Source of the DNA: Candidatus Iainarchaeum sp.
GTDB taxonomy: Archaea > Iainarchaeota > Iainarchaeia > Iainarchaeales > UBA10219
DNA: 64,000 nucleotides
NCBI GenBank assembly: GCA_018304425.1
Contig: JAGVWE010000002.1
Span: 128,001-192,000, forward strand
Direction of reading: 5' to 3'
The position numbers and the translations under genes are program-made. Position 1 is the stretch's first letter. Each line of letters begins with the position of its first letter. The notes under the pieces are model-generated. The model saw only the letters and a list, made by a program, of their open reading frames with translations. It did no database searches and was not told the DNA's origin. Shown in pieces: positions 18,109 through 27,927 of this stretch.

Positions 18109-18753
18109 TCACCGAAATCTGCCTTTGAGCTTCTTGGAGAAGTCCAGCAGCTCTTTTTTCGTCATTTGCCTAATTATATATTCATTGTAACTGTACACCA
18201 TGTTGGCCGCGTCCACCAAGCCGTCCTGGAGGTCGTCCGCGGAAATGGTCCATTTGTCGGGTTTAAGGACTTCCAGGCTGGAGGGCCCGTAAAAGAACAA
18301 GAGTCGCATCAAGGCACGGAAGTCCTTTACCGAGAGGTTTACCTCGAGAAAACTCGAGTAATGCTCCCCGGTTTGGATGAGTTTCTCCAAGACGCACTCG
18401 TACACCGTGAAATCGGGTTCCTTGCGCAGGGCGGCCTCCATCTCGGCCAACGCCTTTTCAACCCCGGTTCGCTCGGTTGCCTGGGCTTCAATGGTTATCT
18501 TGAGGCGCACGGGATTCGAGTCCTCTTCCCCGATTTCCTTGCGCTTCTTCGCCCGCTCGGCTATTTCCTCCTTTAAACGGTACTGGGTGGGAAAGCCTTC
18601 CTTGACCACGACCCCCAACTGCAGCATTTCCCGCAACTGACGAGTTAACGCATCATAGGGGATGTCAAGCTGCTGGTTGAGCTGTTCAATGGTCTTAGGC
18701 TCATGCAACAACAACAAGGCAATGCGCTTTTGCTCCTCGGAATAGGCGACCAT
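18109..18753 (-). CDS. Winged-HTH protein fused to a ferredoxin-like domain
   Basis: IALLLLHEPKTIEQLNQQL..LREMLQLGVV..YRL wHTH; C-domain YSSFLEV..LLFFYGPSSLEVLKP. Confidence 0.7.
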   Translation of the reverse strand: MVAYSEEQKRIALLLLHEPKTIEQLNQQLDIPYDALTRQLREMLQLGVVVKEGFPTQYRLKEEIAERAKKRKEIGEEDSNPVRLKITIEAQATERTGVEKALAEMEAALRKEPDFTVYECVLEKLIQTGEHYSSFLEVNLSVKDFRALMRLLFFYGPSSLEVLKPDKWTISADDLQDGLVDAANMVYSYNEYIIRQMTKKELLDFSKKLKGRFR

Positions 18754-18818
18754 ATATCTTCTCCTATAATTAATAAGGTTATTAAAGGAGGAGCCCCCCA
18801 ATTGATGGGGGTTAAACC

Positions 18819-19151
18819 ATGGCATTGACTCTTTTGGCCGGGGAACTCGGGGAACTCACCCAAACGGCGGGCCAACAAGCCGCGCAGGCCACGAGCCTCT
18901 TCTCCAACCTCACCGGCAACTGGTGGGTGCTAGTGGCTGGCATCGCCTTGATTGCCGGAACCGTCCTCCTGGTCGGCTACCTGAAGAACCTGCTCGCCAA
19001 CTCCGTGATTGGCCTGGTGGCCTGGGCCGTCCTCCACTACCTGCTCGGCGTCCAACTGCCCTTCTGGCCCAGCCTCGTGGTTTCCGCCATCTTCGGCCTC
19101 GCAGGCATCGGCGTCCTGCTGGTGCTCCGGTTCCTGGGAATTGCCTTCTAG
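18819..19151 (+). CDS. Small membrane protein (BofA-like)
   Basis: Three hydrophobic helices; LLANSVIGL...SAIFGLAGI. Confidence 0.65.
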   Translation: MALTLLAGELGELTQTAGQQAAQATSLFSNLTGNWWVLVAGIALIAGTVLLVGYLKNLLANSVIGLVAWAVLHYLLGVQLPFWPSLVVSAIFGLAGIGVLLVLRFLGIAF

Positions 19152-19220
19152 CCCCCTGCCAGGGGACCCGACCGGAAAACGGAAACGTTCTATATTCTGT
19201 TTGGCTCCCAAGCTAGTGGG

Positions 19221-20501
19221 ATGGGCTTGCGCGAATTCAACCTGGACCTGCACTTCCACGGCCCCTGGGCTGGCGGAGTCAGCAAGAACATGCTCATCCC
19301 GGTCATCGCCGAACAGGCCCAGCTAAAGGGCTTGGACGTGGTCAGCACCGCGGACGCGACCCATGGAGACTGGCTGAAGCACCTCAAGCAAGAGCTGGTC
19401 GAAGAAGAGAACGGGGTCTACCGGCACCCGGGCTTTGAAACGCGGTTCCTGGTGGGCACGGAGGTCTGCTGCAACCGGCGCGTGCACCACCTCATCTACC
19501 TCCCGGACCTGGCCACGGCCGAAACCCTGCGGCTGAAGCTGATGGGGAAAGGCAGCCTGGACTGCGCCATGTGCGGCCGGCCCCAGTTGCGCATGTCCCC
19601 CGAAGAAATCGCCGGCGTGGTGCACGACCTCGGAGGCATCATCGGGCCCGCGCACGCCTTCACCCCCTATTTTTCGGTGTACGCGCACTTTGACTCGGTG
19701 AAGCAAGCCTATGGAGCAGAGGGCAAGAAGATTTCGTTCATGGAACTGGGGTTGAGCGCGGACAGCTACTTCGCGGACTTGATTGCGGAAAACCACGAGT
19801 ACGCGTTCCTGACCTGTTCGGACTCGCACAGCCCCTGGCCGCACCGCATCGGCCGGGAGTTCACGCGCATGAAGATGGAAAAGCCGGGTTTCGAGGGGCT
19901 GCGGCGGGCGCTGGCCGACCGGGAAGACGGGTTGATCACCCTCAACGCGGGCCTCGACCCCCGGGAGGGAAAGTACCACTTGACGGCCTGCAACGCCTGC
20001 TACAAGAAGTACTCCGTGGAGGCCGCGGAAAAGTTCAAGTGGAAGTGCGTGACCTGCAAGGGTGAGGTCAAGAAAGGGGTGAGGGACCGCATCCGGGAGC
20101 TCGCGGACTTCGGCGAAGAAGTGCATCCCAGGCACCGGCCGCCCTACCAGCACCTGGTGCCCCTGGCGGAAATCATCCAGGCCGCGGTGGGCGCGGAAAA
20201 CCCGTTGGCGGAAAAAGTGCAGCGGCCCTGGCTGAAGTTCGTGGAAACCGTTGGCAACGAAATCAAGGTATTGGTGGACGCACCCATCGTCGAGTTACAG
20301 GAAATCGACGAAAGAATCGCGGCCTATGTGGAGGCCTTCCGGGCGGGGCGCGTGCTCTACCTCCCCGGCGGGGGCGGCCAGTATGGGAAGCCCATCATCT
20401 GCTTGTCGGAAGAAGAGCTTGAACGGAAGAAAACCGAGTTAGGGGATGCGCTCGAAGGAAAGGGCGACGCCGAAAAGCAGCGGACGCTGTTGGACTACTA
20501 G
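19221..20501 (+). CDS. endoQ: Endonuclease Q (PHP-family deamination-repair nuclease)
   Basis: DLHFH, GPAHAFTP, ELGLSAD, SDSHS, GKYHLTAC..C, C..C.G..KKGVRDR, GGGGQYG; C-terminal PIP-like QRTLLDY. Confidence 0.9.
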   Translation: MGLREFNLDLHFHGPWAGGVSKNMLIPVIAEQAQLKGLDVVSTADATHGDWLKHLKQELVEEENGVYRHPGFETRFLVGTEVCCNRRVHHLIYLPDLATAETLRLKLMGKGSLDCAMCGRPQLRMSPEEIAGVVHDLGGIIGPAHAFTPYFSVYAHFDSVKQAYGAEGKKISFMELGLSADSYFADLIAENHEYAFLTCSDSHSPWPHRIGREFTRMKMEKPGFEGLRRALADREDGLITLNAGLDPREGKYHLTACNACYKKYSVEAAEKFKWKCVTCKGEVKKGVRDRIRELADFGEEVHPRHRPPYQHLVPLAEIIQAAVGAENPLAEKVQRPWLKFVETVGNEIKVLVDAPIVELQEIDERIAAYVEAFRAGRVLYLPGGGGQYGKPIICLSEEELERKKTELGDALEGKGDAEKQRTLLDY

Positions 20502-21733
20502 CCCGTGGGCCGCCCGATGCCGGAGGGCAGCAGGGACGTGAACGGGATGTAGCCCTTGATGCCCTTGGAAGGCTTCCATTGCGAGGTAAAGGTGTAACAC
20601 CACCTGCGCGCGCTCGCGTTCTGGGAACTTATTTTCGCGCAAAGCTGCTGGTCTTGCTTGGCCACCCCGACTTCCCGGTAACAGTTGTCGGCGTTGGAGA
20701 GCATCGAACACAACTCCGCGTCCTTGGATTTCTTGGCCAACAGGACCAGGCATCCCTCGTCCAGGCTGTCATCGGTTTTCCGGCAGTACTTGGGGTCCCG
20801 CAAGGCCAGTGCCCGGCAGGCCTTCTTGTTCATGCCCTCCAGCGAGTCGCAGGCCTCGTTGTCCGCGTGGTTGAAGGCAACGGTTTGCAGGCACCGCGCT
20901 TTATAGGCGGAATCAGAGATGAGGTCGCAGAGGGAGGGTCCGAAAGCGGTTGCCTTGTCGGGGAGCAGGCCCAGGCACCGGTCCTGGAGCGAGGCCTCTT
21001 CTCCCCCGTGCTTGACCGGGTCATAGTCCAGGCAGTGCTTGGTGAGGGTGATGGCGAAAATATGGCAAGTGGCCTGGTTCTCGGAGTTGACGGCATTGCA
21101 CCGGTCCTGGTTCTTGGTCACGGCGGCCACGCACGTGAACTTGCCGTCAAAGCCCGTTATTTCATCGCAAATGTAGGGGTTGTTGCGGCTGGTGGCAAGA
21201 AAGCCATAACACATGTCTCTTTCCCCGCCCCATTGCTCGCAGCTCTCGATGGGCACGAATTTCGAGACCGCGTCAACGATGGATTTCACCTTGAAGGCGT
21301 CGGGCGCGAAGAGAAACTGGGACACGGCGGTCATGAACGGCGAGTCCGGGCGGAGGTCACTGGAGTACTCCACCACTTGCCTGGCCTTCAAGTCAACCAC
21401 CAGCCACAGGTCTGCCTCGTTTTCCTTGCCGCCCACCGAGTCGTGGATGGTCACCTTGAACCGGTTCTCGCCCCAGGTGAGGACCTCGAACTTCAAGTCG
21501 TAGAGGACCTTGTCCTGCTCGGGTGACAGGACTTCGCGCAGGGTGGGGTCGTTGAAGGCCCCGGCAAACCGCGTGAGCTTGAAGACCAGGGGGTCTTCCT
21601 TGGCAAGGGCCAGGGCTTCCGCCTTGAGCGCTGCCGGGTCCTTGCCCGGGTCGTTGCCTGGAACCAGGCAACCGGCCAACAACAGCAAGGCCAATGCCGG
21701 GAAAACCAATGCCGGGAAAAAAACGGGTTTCAC
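20498..21733 (-). CDS. Cys-rich repeat lipoprotein
   Basis: Lipobox LAGC; same Cys repeat style as 552..1664. Confidence 0.8.
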   Translation of the reverse strand: MKPVFFPALVFPALALLLLAGCLVPGNDPGKDPAALKAEALALAKEDPLVFKLTRFAGAFNDPTLREVLSPEQDKVLYDLKFEVLTWGENRFKVTIHDSVGGKENEADLWLVVDLKARQVVEYSSDLRPDSPFMTAVSQFLFAPDAFKVKSIVDAVSKFVPIESCEQWGGERDMCYGFLATSRNNPYICDEITGFDGKFTCVAAVTKNQDRCNAVNSENQATCHIFAITLTKHCLDYDPVKHGGEEASLQDRCLGLLPDKATAFGPSLCDLISDSAYKARCLQTVAFNHADNEACDSLEGMNKKACRALALRDPKYCRKTDDSLDEGCLVLLAKKSKDAELCSMLSNADNCYREVGVAKQDQQLCAKISSQNASARRWCYTFTSQWKPSKGIKGYIPFTSLLPSGIGRPTG

Positions 21734-21749
21734 CGTCCTTCACCTACCC

Positions 21750-22523
21750 CTACCGCACATAGGATAAGCCACTGGGCGGGCTGTCCTCGGGCTCCTGGAA
21801 TTGTTTTTCGAGTTCCTTGAAGGCCTTCTCGATTTCCTGGGCTTCCTTCTCGATTTTGCTCATGTCCAGCTTGAAGCCAAACCGCTTGATGAGCAACTCC
21901 AACAGCTTTTTGGCCGCGCCGTGGTCGCCGTAAATGAGGCGGGCATTGGTTTCCCCCATGAGGCAAACGCCTTCCAGGTCCTCCCCGGCGCCAAGCCCCA
22001 GAATCAAGCCGGCCGCCCCGGAAATCAGGCCCTCTGGCTTGTCGACGATGGCGCCCAACGCCTTCCACTCGTCCACGGCCTTCTTGGAGGTGCCGGCCAC
22101 GACGACCTTGGGCTCTTCGAACATCCGCTTCTCGCCGACGTTGATGCCGGCCAGCGTGCACACCAGGGTCACGCCCCGGTCCTTGATGGCGCTGACAATG
22201 GCTTGCGCGAACTCATAGTGTTCGGCGGTGCCCCCCAGGCGGACGTCCAGCGAGGGCTGGACCGGCCCCGCCAGGAAGAAAAAGTCCTTCCCTTGCCCGG
22301 AAAAATAGTAGACTTCGTCTTTAATCAACTCGATGAGGCTGTTCCGCGTGTGAACGCTGGGCGGAAAGGAATCGGAGACTATTTCCGCGACCTTCTCGGC
22401 TTTCAACTGCTTGAGCAGGTAATCGACGACTATTTTCCCCACCAAGCCGATGCCCGGCAGGCCCGTGAAAAGAACCGCATCCCTGGCCTTGACTTCCCGC
22501 AAAAACCTTACCTTCGTCGCCAT
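21750..22523 (-). CDS. Proteasome assembly chaperone PAC2 family
   Basis: TGLPGIGLVGKI, GLISGAAGLILG, CLMGET, C-terminal SYVR. Confidence 0.9.
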   Translation of the reverse strand: MATKVRFLREVKARDAVLFTGLPGIGLVGKIVVDYLLKQLKAEKVAEIVSDSFPPSVHTRNSLIELIKDEVYYFSGQGKDFFFLAGPVQPSLDVRLGGTAEHYEFAQAIVSAIKDRGVTLVCTLAGINVGEKRMFEEPKVVVAGTSKKAVDEWKALGAIVDKPEGLISGAAGLILGLGAGEDLEGVCLMGETNARLIYGDHGAAKKLLELLIKRFGFKLDMSKIEKEAQEIEKAFKELEKQFQEPEDSPPSGLSYVR

Positions 22524-22536
22524 GCTATCCCCTTCC

Positions 22537-23313
22537 TCACTCCATCTTCTCGAACGCTGCTTCCCCCTTGGCCTTGGCCATCAGGGTTGAAACGTCTCCC
22601 GCGACTTCCCGCAACACGCGTTCCGCCTGCTTGTAATCGGTTGAACTCACTTTCACCATCCACTTGCCCGAGCCCAGGTACAACATGCCGACGCCGGCCT
22701 CGCGCTTGGCGTTCTTGGCCTGCACCAACGCGTTCTTTATCTCCAACGCGCCCTCGGGCCGCGGCGATGAAACCGTTAACACGCCTTTGACGGTGCGAAT
22801 CGGCGTCTCGATGTTCTTTTCGACGACCTCCATGAGCGCTGGCAACCACTTCTTGTCCACGCCCGTGGCAGCGGCATCGCCTTCCACGAGCATGGCTTGG
22901 AAGGCCTCGTACAGGGAATCGTATTTTTCGAGCAACGGCTTCTCGATGGCGGCCAGGACTTCCTCCAAGGGAACCTTTTTCTCGCGGGCCACGAGCTCCA
23001 ATAGCTTCTGGCTGCGCTTGGTCTGCTTGTATTCCTCTATCTTGAGGCGCTGCGTGGTGGGGTTGACCTTGTTGAACGACAAATCGATTTGCTCTTTCTT
23101 GTAATCGATGTTCACGACCTGGGCCACCCGCACCTGGTTTTCCTTCACGAAGTTGCGGATGTTCTTGATCCAGCTGCTGGCCACCTGCGAGATGTGCACG
23201 AAGCCCTGCACCCCCGGATACTCCAAGAGCTCGACGAACACCCCGTAGTCGAGGATTTTGACGACCTTGCAGACCACGATTTCAGTGGGTTCCGGAATCT
23301 GGATGTCAGGCAT
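22537..23313 (-). CDS. eif2a: Translation initiation factor aIF2 alpha subunit
   Basis: S1 domain with GFVHISQVASSWIKNIRNFVKE..IDLS. Confidence 0.95.
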   Translation of the reverse strand: MPDIQIPEPTEIVVCKVVKILDYGVFVELLEYPGVQGFVHISQVASSWIKNIRNFVKENQVRVAQVVNIDYKKEQIDLSFNKVNPTTQRLKIEEYKQTKRSQKLLELVAREKKVPLEEVLAAIEKPLLEKYDSLYEAFQAMLVEGDAAATGVDKKWLPALMEVVEKNIETPIRTVKGVLTVSSPRPEGALEIKNALVQAKNAKREAGVGMLYLGSGKWMVKVSSTDYKQAERVLREVAGDVSTLMAKAKGEAAFEKME

Positions 23314-23368
23314 GCGCGCTCCCAAGAAGTTAGCCAGAAATAAGATTATAAAAGCAGCGTAAACGGGT

Positions 23369-23935
23369 TCATTCCTCGATTTCGGCCAGCTTCCGGCCGT
23401 CCAAGAGCTTGGCTATCTCGTAGGGCAGCTCGGCTTTCTGGCCCTTCGAGTAGGGTCCGTACTCCTTCATGTCGATGCCGACGAAGCTCGGGATGTCGGC
23501 CAAAATCTTGATGGAAACGCGTTCGAGTTTCCTCGCCCTCTTGTTGCCCGAGGCGTTGGCGGCGAAGAAGCCGTTGAGCAGCCCCTCATGAGCGTCCAGG
23601 AGCTTCATGATTTCGTTGAACAGCCGCCTTTCCGGCTGCGCCATGTGCTCTTCGGAGGCCTCCTTGGTACGCGAGGCGATGAGGGCCCGGGACAGGATTT
23701 TTTTCTCGCGCATGGCGAAGATTTCTTCCACCATCTTCTTGAGGTTCGTGAAGTCCCTGGACTTGGCGACGGAAAAATCGCGGAGGGACTCGAGGTAGGA
23801 CTCCTTCTCGGCGTCAAGGAATTCCGCGAGCGCGTTATAGAAGTCGGGCTCCACTTCGACGAGCTTGGACGTGTTCTTTTCGAGGCGGTGGATGCGGCGG
23901 ATTTCGTCGTAATTGAGTTCGGCCAAGGCAATCAC
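23369..23935 (-). CDS. GINS complex subunit (Gins15/51)
   Basis: LVEVEPDFY..REKKI helical A domain plus IPSFVGIDMKEYGP B domain; immediately downstream of priS; start uncertain (GTG 23935 or TTG 23926). Confidence 0.8.
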   Translation of the reverse strand: MIALAELNYDEIRRIHRLEKNTSKLVEVEPDFYNALAEFLDAEKESYLESLRDFSVAKSRDFTNLKKMVEEIFAMREKKILSRALIASRTKEASEEHMAQPERRLFNEIMKLLDAHEGLLNGFFAANASGNKRARKLERVSIKILADIPSFVGIDMKEYGPYSKGQKAELPYEIAKLLDGRKLAEIEE

Positions 23936-23936
23936 T

Positions 23937-25181
23937 TCAGGGTCTGGGCAGGAGCTCGGCGGCCCCACGGGCAAGGAGGTAGATGGCGGCGAACTCCGGG
24001 AGCTCGACGACCTCCTGCGAGTAGGGGCCGAAACCTTCCCCGCCCAACGAAAACCTGGGGGCCTTTAAGGCTTTAACCTTAACGGTTTCGCCGCCCCCGC
24101 CGAAGACCACGGTTTCCTTCAAGGGGTCGAATGCCGGCAAGGCCTCCAAGGCAACGGTCTTGGCGAGCAAGCCCGTGCTCCCGTGAAGCGTGTCCGGAAC
24201 CCGCACGATTTTGCTGATGTCCGCGGAAGTCTGCCGGTCCACGTCGAGGCGCAACCCCTCCACGGCGTAGGCCAAGAGGTTGCCCCAGAATTGCTCGGTC
24301 TGCTTGCCGGGGAACTGGTGCATCAAGCCCTTGTCCAGGTCGGCCAGGATTTTTTCCCGCTTTTCCAAGAGTTTCTTCGCGGTCGGGATGCCAATGCGGC
24401 CGTATACTGACAAGGCCGAGGCATCCGCCGTGGAAAGGAATTCCGCGAGCCGGTCGAGGAGCCTCCGCGCCCAACCCAGGGCTTCGCCCCGGCTCCGCGG
24501 GGGGCAGACGAAGCGGTGGTCCTCCGTCAGGTAAAACCCCAGCGCCTTGAAGTCCAGGTTGGCGGCCGTCAAGTAGTCCAGCAACTCGATGCGCGCGGGA
24601 TTGGAGAGGTGCTGGACGGCCTCGCTGCGGACGTGGAGGTGGTAGCCCTTGCCGCCCGAGGAATTGATGGCCATGCCATCGGCTGCGGACAAACCGAAAT
24701 CGTTTTCCAGGAAGTCCAGCAAGCGGAACACCTGCTTCTTGACCGCGCCCAGGCATTCCCCGCACACCCATTCCTCGCGTTCCACGCGCTGGCCGCAGGA
24801 CGTGCAGTTCTCCAGGAGACCGGGGCCGTTGGCCCCGCACTTGCCGCACTTCCAGGCATCGTGTTGTTTCTTGCAGTCCGTCTTCAAGTCATCGGCGTCG
24901 AATTCATAGACCAGGTCCGCTTTGATGAACTTCTTGGCCTCCATGGGCCTCCGGTCCGGGTAATTGTAGTAGGCATTCGAGTAAGAAATGTAGAAGGGGG
25001 CCTGCTCGCGCAGGAACCGGTTGAGTTCCTCGCGGGAGCGGAAGGCCAGGTGGCGCTGGTTGATTTTAATGCCATAGTCCCCGGTGCCGAACTCGCGTTG
25101 CGCGAGGTCAGGCGGACCCGCCACCGGGGTTTTTGCATAGTAAGCGCGGAAGCGCTCGCGCAGGAAACCCACGACCTCCAT
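23937..25181 (-). CDS. priS: DNA primase small (catalytic) subunit
   Basis: REFG, YSNAYY, DLVYEFDADD, SGGKGYHLHV, VRVPDTLHGSTG. Confidence 0.93.
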   Translation of the reverse strand: MEVVGFLRERFRAYYAKTPVAGPPDLAQREFGTGDYGIKINQRHLAFRSREELNRFLREQAPFYISYSNAYYNYPDRRPMEAKKFIKADLVYEFDADDLKTDCKKQHDAWKCGKCGANGPGLLENCTSCGQRVEREEWVCGECLGAVKKQVFRLLDFLENDFGLSAADGMAINSSGGKGYHLHVRSEAVQHLSNPARIELLDYLTAANLDFKALGFYLTEDHRFVCPPRSRGEALGWARRLLDRLAEFLSTADASALSVYGRIGIPTAKKLLEKREKILADLDKGLMHQFPGKQTEQFWGNLLAYAVEGLRLDVDRQTSADISKIVRVPDTLHGSTGLLAKTVALEALPAFDPLKETVVFGGGGETVKVKALKAPRFSLGGEGFGPYSQEVVELPEFAAIYLLARGAAELLPRP

Positions 25182-25249
25182 GCAAGGAAATCCCCCAAAA
25201 AAGCTTAATAAGCGGAACGGCTGACAAGTCATACGACGGGGTTAAGACA

Positions 25250-27535
25250 ATGGAGTCACGTAATCGGGGGCTGGTGCCCGTGCTTTTGCTGGCGGCCGTT
25301 CTTTTGCTGGCGGCCCCGGTGCAAGCCGAGGCAGTCTCCAAGCCACTCTATGACACCAGCCTCGACTATTCCGTGCTGGGCTTGAAAGAGGTTTCCCCGG
25401 ACGGCTTCCTCTCGGTGAAGACCCCGGAGGCCTCGTTCGAGTACAAGGCCTATGCCTTGCTCCCGGAAGAGGCTGGCCTCGTGGGAGTGGGAAGGTTCCA
25501 GCCCACCCTGCAAATTTTCTTGGAGGTGCGGAACGCGGAGGGCGTGCTCCGGTTGACGCGGCTCGCGGACTCCAAGTTCAAACGGCTTGGCTCCACCGCT
25601 TCCACGCCCTACTTCGAGCCGGTGCTCCGGGAGGGCTTCTACGAGGTCAGCGGCGAAAAAGAGTTTTCAGTCGAGTACGCGTGGCCCGTGTACGCGTTGT
25701 TCGGGGAAGCGTTCGGCAGCGTGAACGCAAGGGGCCCCTTCGTGGTCAACGGCCAACGGCTCTCGTCCTTCACCGTGCACGCGCCCAAGAACGCGAAACC
25801 CCTGTTCTTCCGGGACGCGGGAAACCCGGGGGGAGTCTTTTTCCTCGGCCTGCACTCGGCGTTCTACTTCAACCACGTGCAGGCCGCGTTCGCCTATGAA
25901 TTGGAGGGACAAGGGCGGTTGGCCCGGTTCGGGTTCCTGGCCCTCGCCATTGCCTTGGCCGTGCTTGCAACAGCAGCCAACGCGCGCGCGCCCAGGCCGC
26001 GACTGGCCTTTCAGCCGCAGTCCAAAGGCTTCGCGGTTTGCCTGGTGCTGGCCTCCCTGCTGGCCCTGCAGTTGGCCTTCGCGGCCGCACCCGGAAAAGC
26101 GGCAAACCTCACCGTGGTATTGGATGACACGGGTTTTCCCCTGGAAGCCGAGCCACTGGTTTGGTCGTTCAAGGCGCCCTTCCACTTGCTCTTGGCCTTG
26201 GCGAGAACCCAGGCCGTGGAAAGCGTGGTGCTCGGCCAAACCATTCGATGCGGCAAAGACTACGCGTTCCTGCAGCCCGTGTACCGGGAGCTGGCGCGCT
26301 CCGCAGGGCAAGCGCAAGTGCAGGCCACGGCTTTGGCTGCCGACACCGCGTGTGGACAGGAGTTAGGGGAATTGTTCGCCAAAAAAGGGACGGCGGAACC
26401 GGCAACGACTCAGTCAGCAGCACCCTTGCCTGCAACGCCCCTGCAAGCGGCGGCTCGGGCCCTGCAGCGCCTCATTTTTTTGCTGGTGAACGCGGCCGTG
26501 TTCTTCGCGGCGGCCGCGGTCTCGTTGGCGGCGCTGGAGTTGAAGCAGTGGAATGGGTTGATGCCAGGGCAAGGAAAGTGGAAGGTGGTAGGCGAGGCAA
26601 GGAAGTACGGGTGGTTAGGGGCCCTGGCCTTGGCTGCCTCGGCGGGCTTGGCCATGCTCGTGTTGCTGGTGGGCTTCCAGGCCGGCGTGCCCGTGACCTA
26701 TCACGGGGGAAGCGGGCAGGGCCTGACCATGGCCTCGAATTTTTGGCCCCAAGTGTTCGGAGAAGGGCATAGCCTGGCCTTGGCGGCTGCCTTGGCCGGA
26801 ACGTTGGCGGCCTTCCTGGGAGGCAGGCACCGGTTCAGTTTCAAGGCATTGGCTGGCGTGGCGGTCGTGGGCTTGTTCTTGTTGGCGTTGCCGCAAACCT
26901 CGTACGCCGTGAAGCGGAACGCCTTGTCCCTGGCTTGCGCGGACTGCGTGATGGATGAAACCGGGGAAAGCCTGTCGGTTGCGCTGGCCAAAATCGTTGC
27001 GCCCATGAGCCAGGGAAAGGCCTGGCAGTTGCTGGCCGCTTCAACCGAGCCACAGGCCAAAAAGTTCTTCGAAGAAATCGACCGGCTGCGCTACCAGGGG
27101 AGGAGGGAAGAGGCCCTGGCCTTGCTTCGGGAGTTCGCGTTGCGCAACCAGGGCCGGGACTCGGAGGCCGAAGCCCTCTACCGCATTGGCGCGATTTCGC
27201 AGTCCATGGGTCGAAGCCGGGAAGCCGTGAACGGTTTTGCGTTGGCGGCGCGGCGGTTCCCCGCCCACGCGAATGCCGCGGCCGCGCTCTACAACGCGGG
27301 AACCATTGCCTTTTCGTTGAAGGAATATGGGGAAGCCGTGGAAGCCTTGGAGCGGTTGACGAAAGACTATGCGGGCAGCCCGTTCAGGCCGGCCGGCCTC
27401 TACTATCTCGCCCTCGCCTATAGCGCGTCGGGCCAACGCGACCGGGCCGGCCAGGCGCTCGGCGAACTCATCGAAAAGTATCCCGACCACTCGATGGCAG
27501 AGGCAGCGAAGAGCCAGCAGGGGTTGATTGGATGA
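25250..27535 (+). CDS. Multi-pass membrane protein with C-terminal TPR repeats
   Basis: Signal peptide, several TM helices, TPRs (ALYRIG, ALYNAG, GLYYLA, IEKYPDH). Confidence 0.7.
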   Translation: MESRNRGLVPVLLLAAVLLLAAPVQAEAVSKPLYDTSLDYSVLGLKEVSPDGFLSVKTPEASFEYKAYALLPEEAGLVGVGRFQPTLQIFLEVRNAEGVLRLTRLADSKFKRLGSTASTPYFEPVLREGFYEVSGEKEFSVEYAWPVYALFGEAFGSVNARGPFVVNGQRLSSFTVHAPKNAKPLFFRDAGNPGGVFFLGLHSAFYFNHVQAAFAYELEGQGRLARFGFLALAIALAVLATAANARAPRPRLAFQPQSKGFAVCLVLASLLALQLAFAAAPGKAANLTVVLDDTGFPLEAEPLVWSFKAPFHLLLALARTQAVESVVLGQTIRCGKDYAFLQPVYRELARSAGQAQVQATALAADTACGQELGELFAKKGTAEPATTQSAAPLPATPLQAAARALQRLIFLLVNAAVFFAAAAVSLAALELKQWNGLMPGQGKWKVVGEARKYGWLGALALAASAGLAMLVLLVGFQAGVPVTYHGGSGQGLTMASNFWPQVFGEGHSLALAAALAGTLAAFLGGRHRFSFKALAGVAVVGLFLLALPQTSYAVKRNALSLACADCVMDETGESLSVALAKIVAPMSQGKAWQLLAASTEPQAKKFFEEIDRLRYQGRREEALALLREFALRNQGRDSEAEALYRIGAISQSMGRSREAVNGFALAARRFPAHANAAAALYNAGTIAFSLKEYGEAVEALERLTKDYAGSPFRPAGLYYLALAYSASGQRDRAGQALGELIEKYPDHSMAEAAKSQQGLIG

Positions 27536-27903
27536 GGGGCGGGAAGGTGTTGGGGGCCGGGCTGGTGCTGGTGGCGTTGCTGGGACTGGCTGGAACGGTG
27601 GGCGCTGAAACGTTGGCGGGTGCGATGCCGAGCCCCAGCCGGGGCACGGCCCTTTATTGGGCGGGCATCGTGGTGTTGGCGGCGCTGCCCTTGATGGGGC
27701 GTTGGCTGGGTTCCCTGGCCTTCTTTGGCGCGGCCGTGCTGGTGGCGAGGGGCCTCATGCGGATTGTCAGCGAATTCGATGGCGGGCGCGTGCTGGAGAG
27801 CCTGGTACCGGGACTCGTGATCGGCGTGCAGTTGGCGTTGGCGTTGGTTGCGACACGCATGGCGGCCAAGGCCGTGAAGGAAGTTGCCAAGCGGATTTTA
27901 TAA
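27532..27903 (+). CDS. Small membrane protein
   Basis: ATGA overlap with the upstream stop; hydrophobic helices. Confidence 0.6.
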   Translation: MRGGKVLGAGLVLVALLGLAGTVGAETLAGAMPSPSRGTALYWAGIVVLAALPLMGRWLGSLAFFGAAVLVARGLMRIVSEFDGGRVLESLVPGLVIGVQLALALVATRMAAKAVKEVAKRIL

Positions 27904-27927
27904 AGACATAGAGCGTACAAGCATTGG

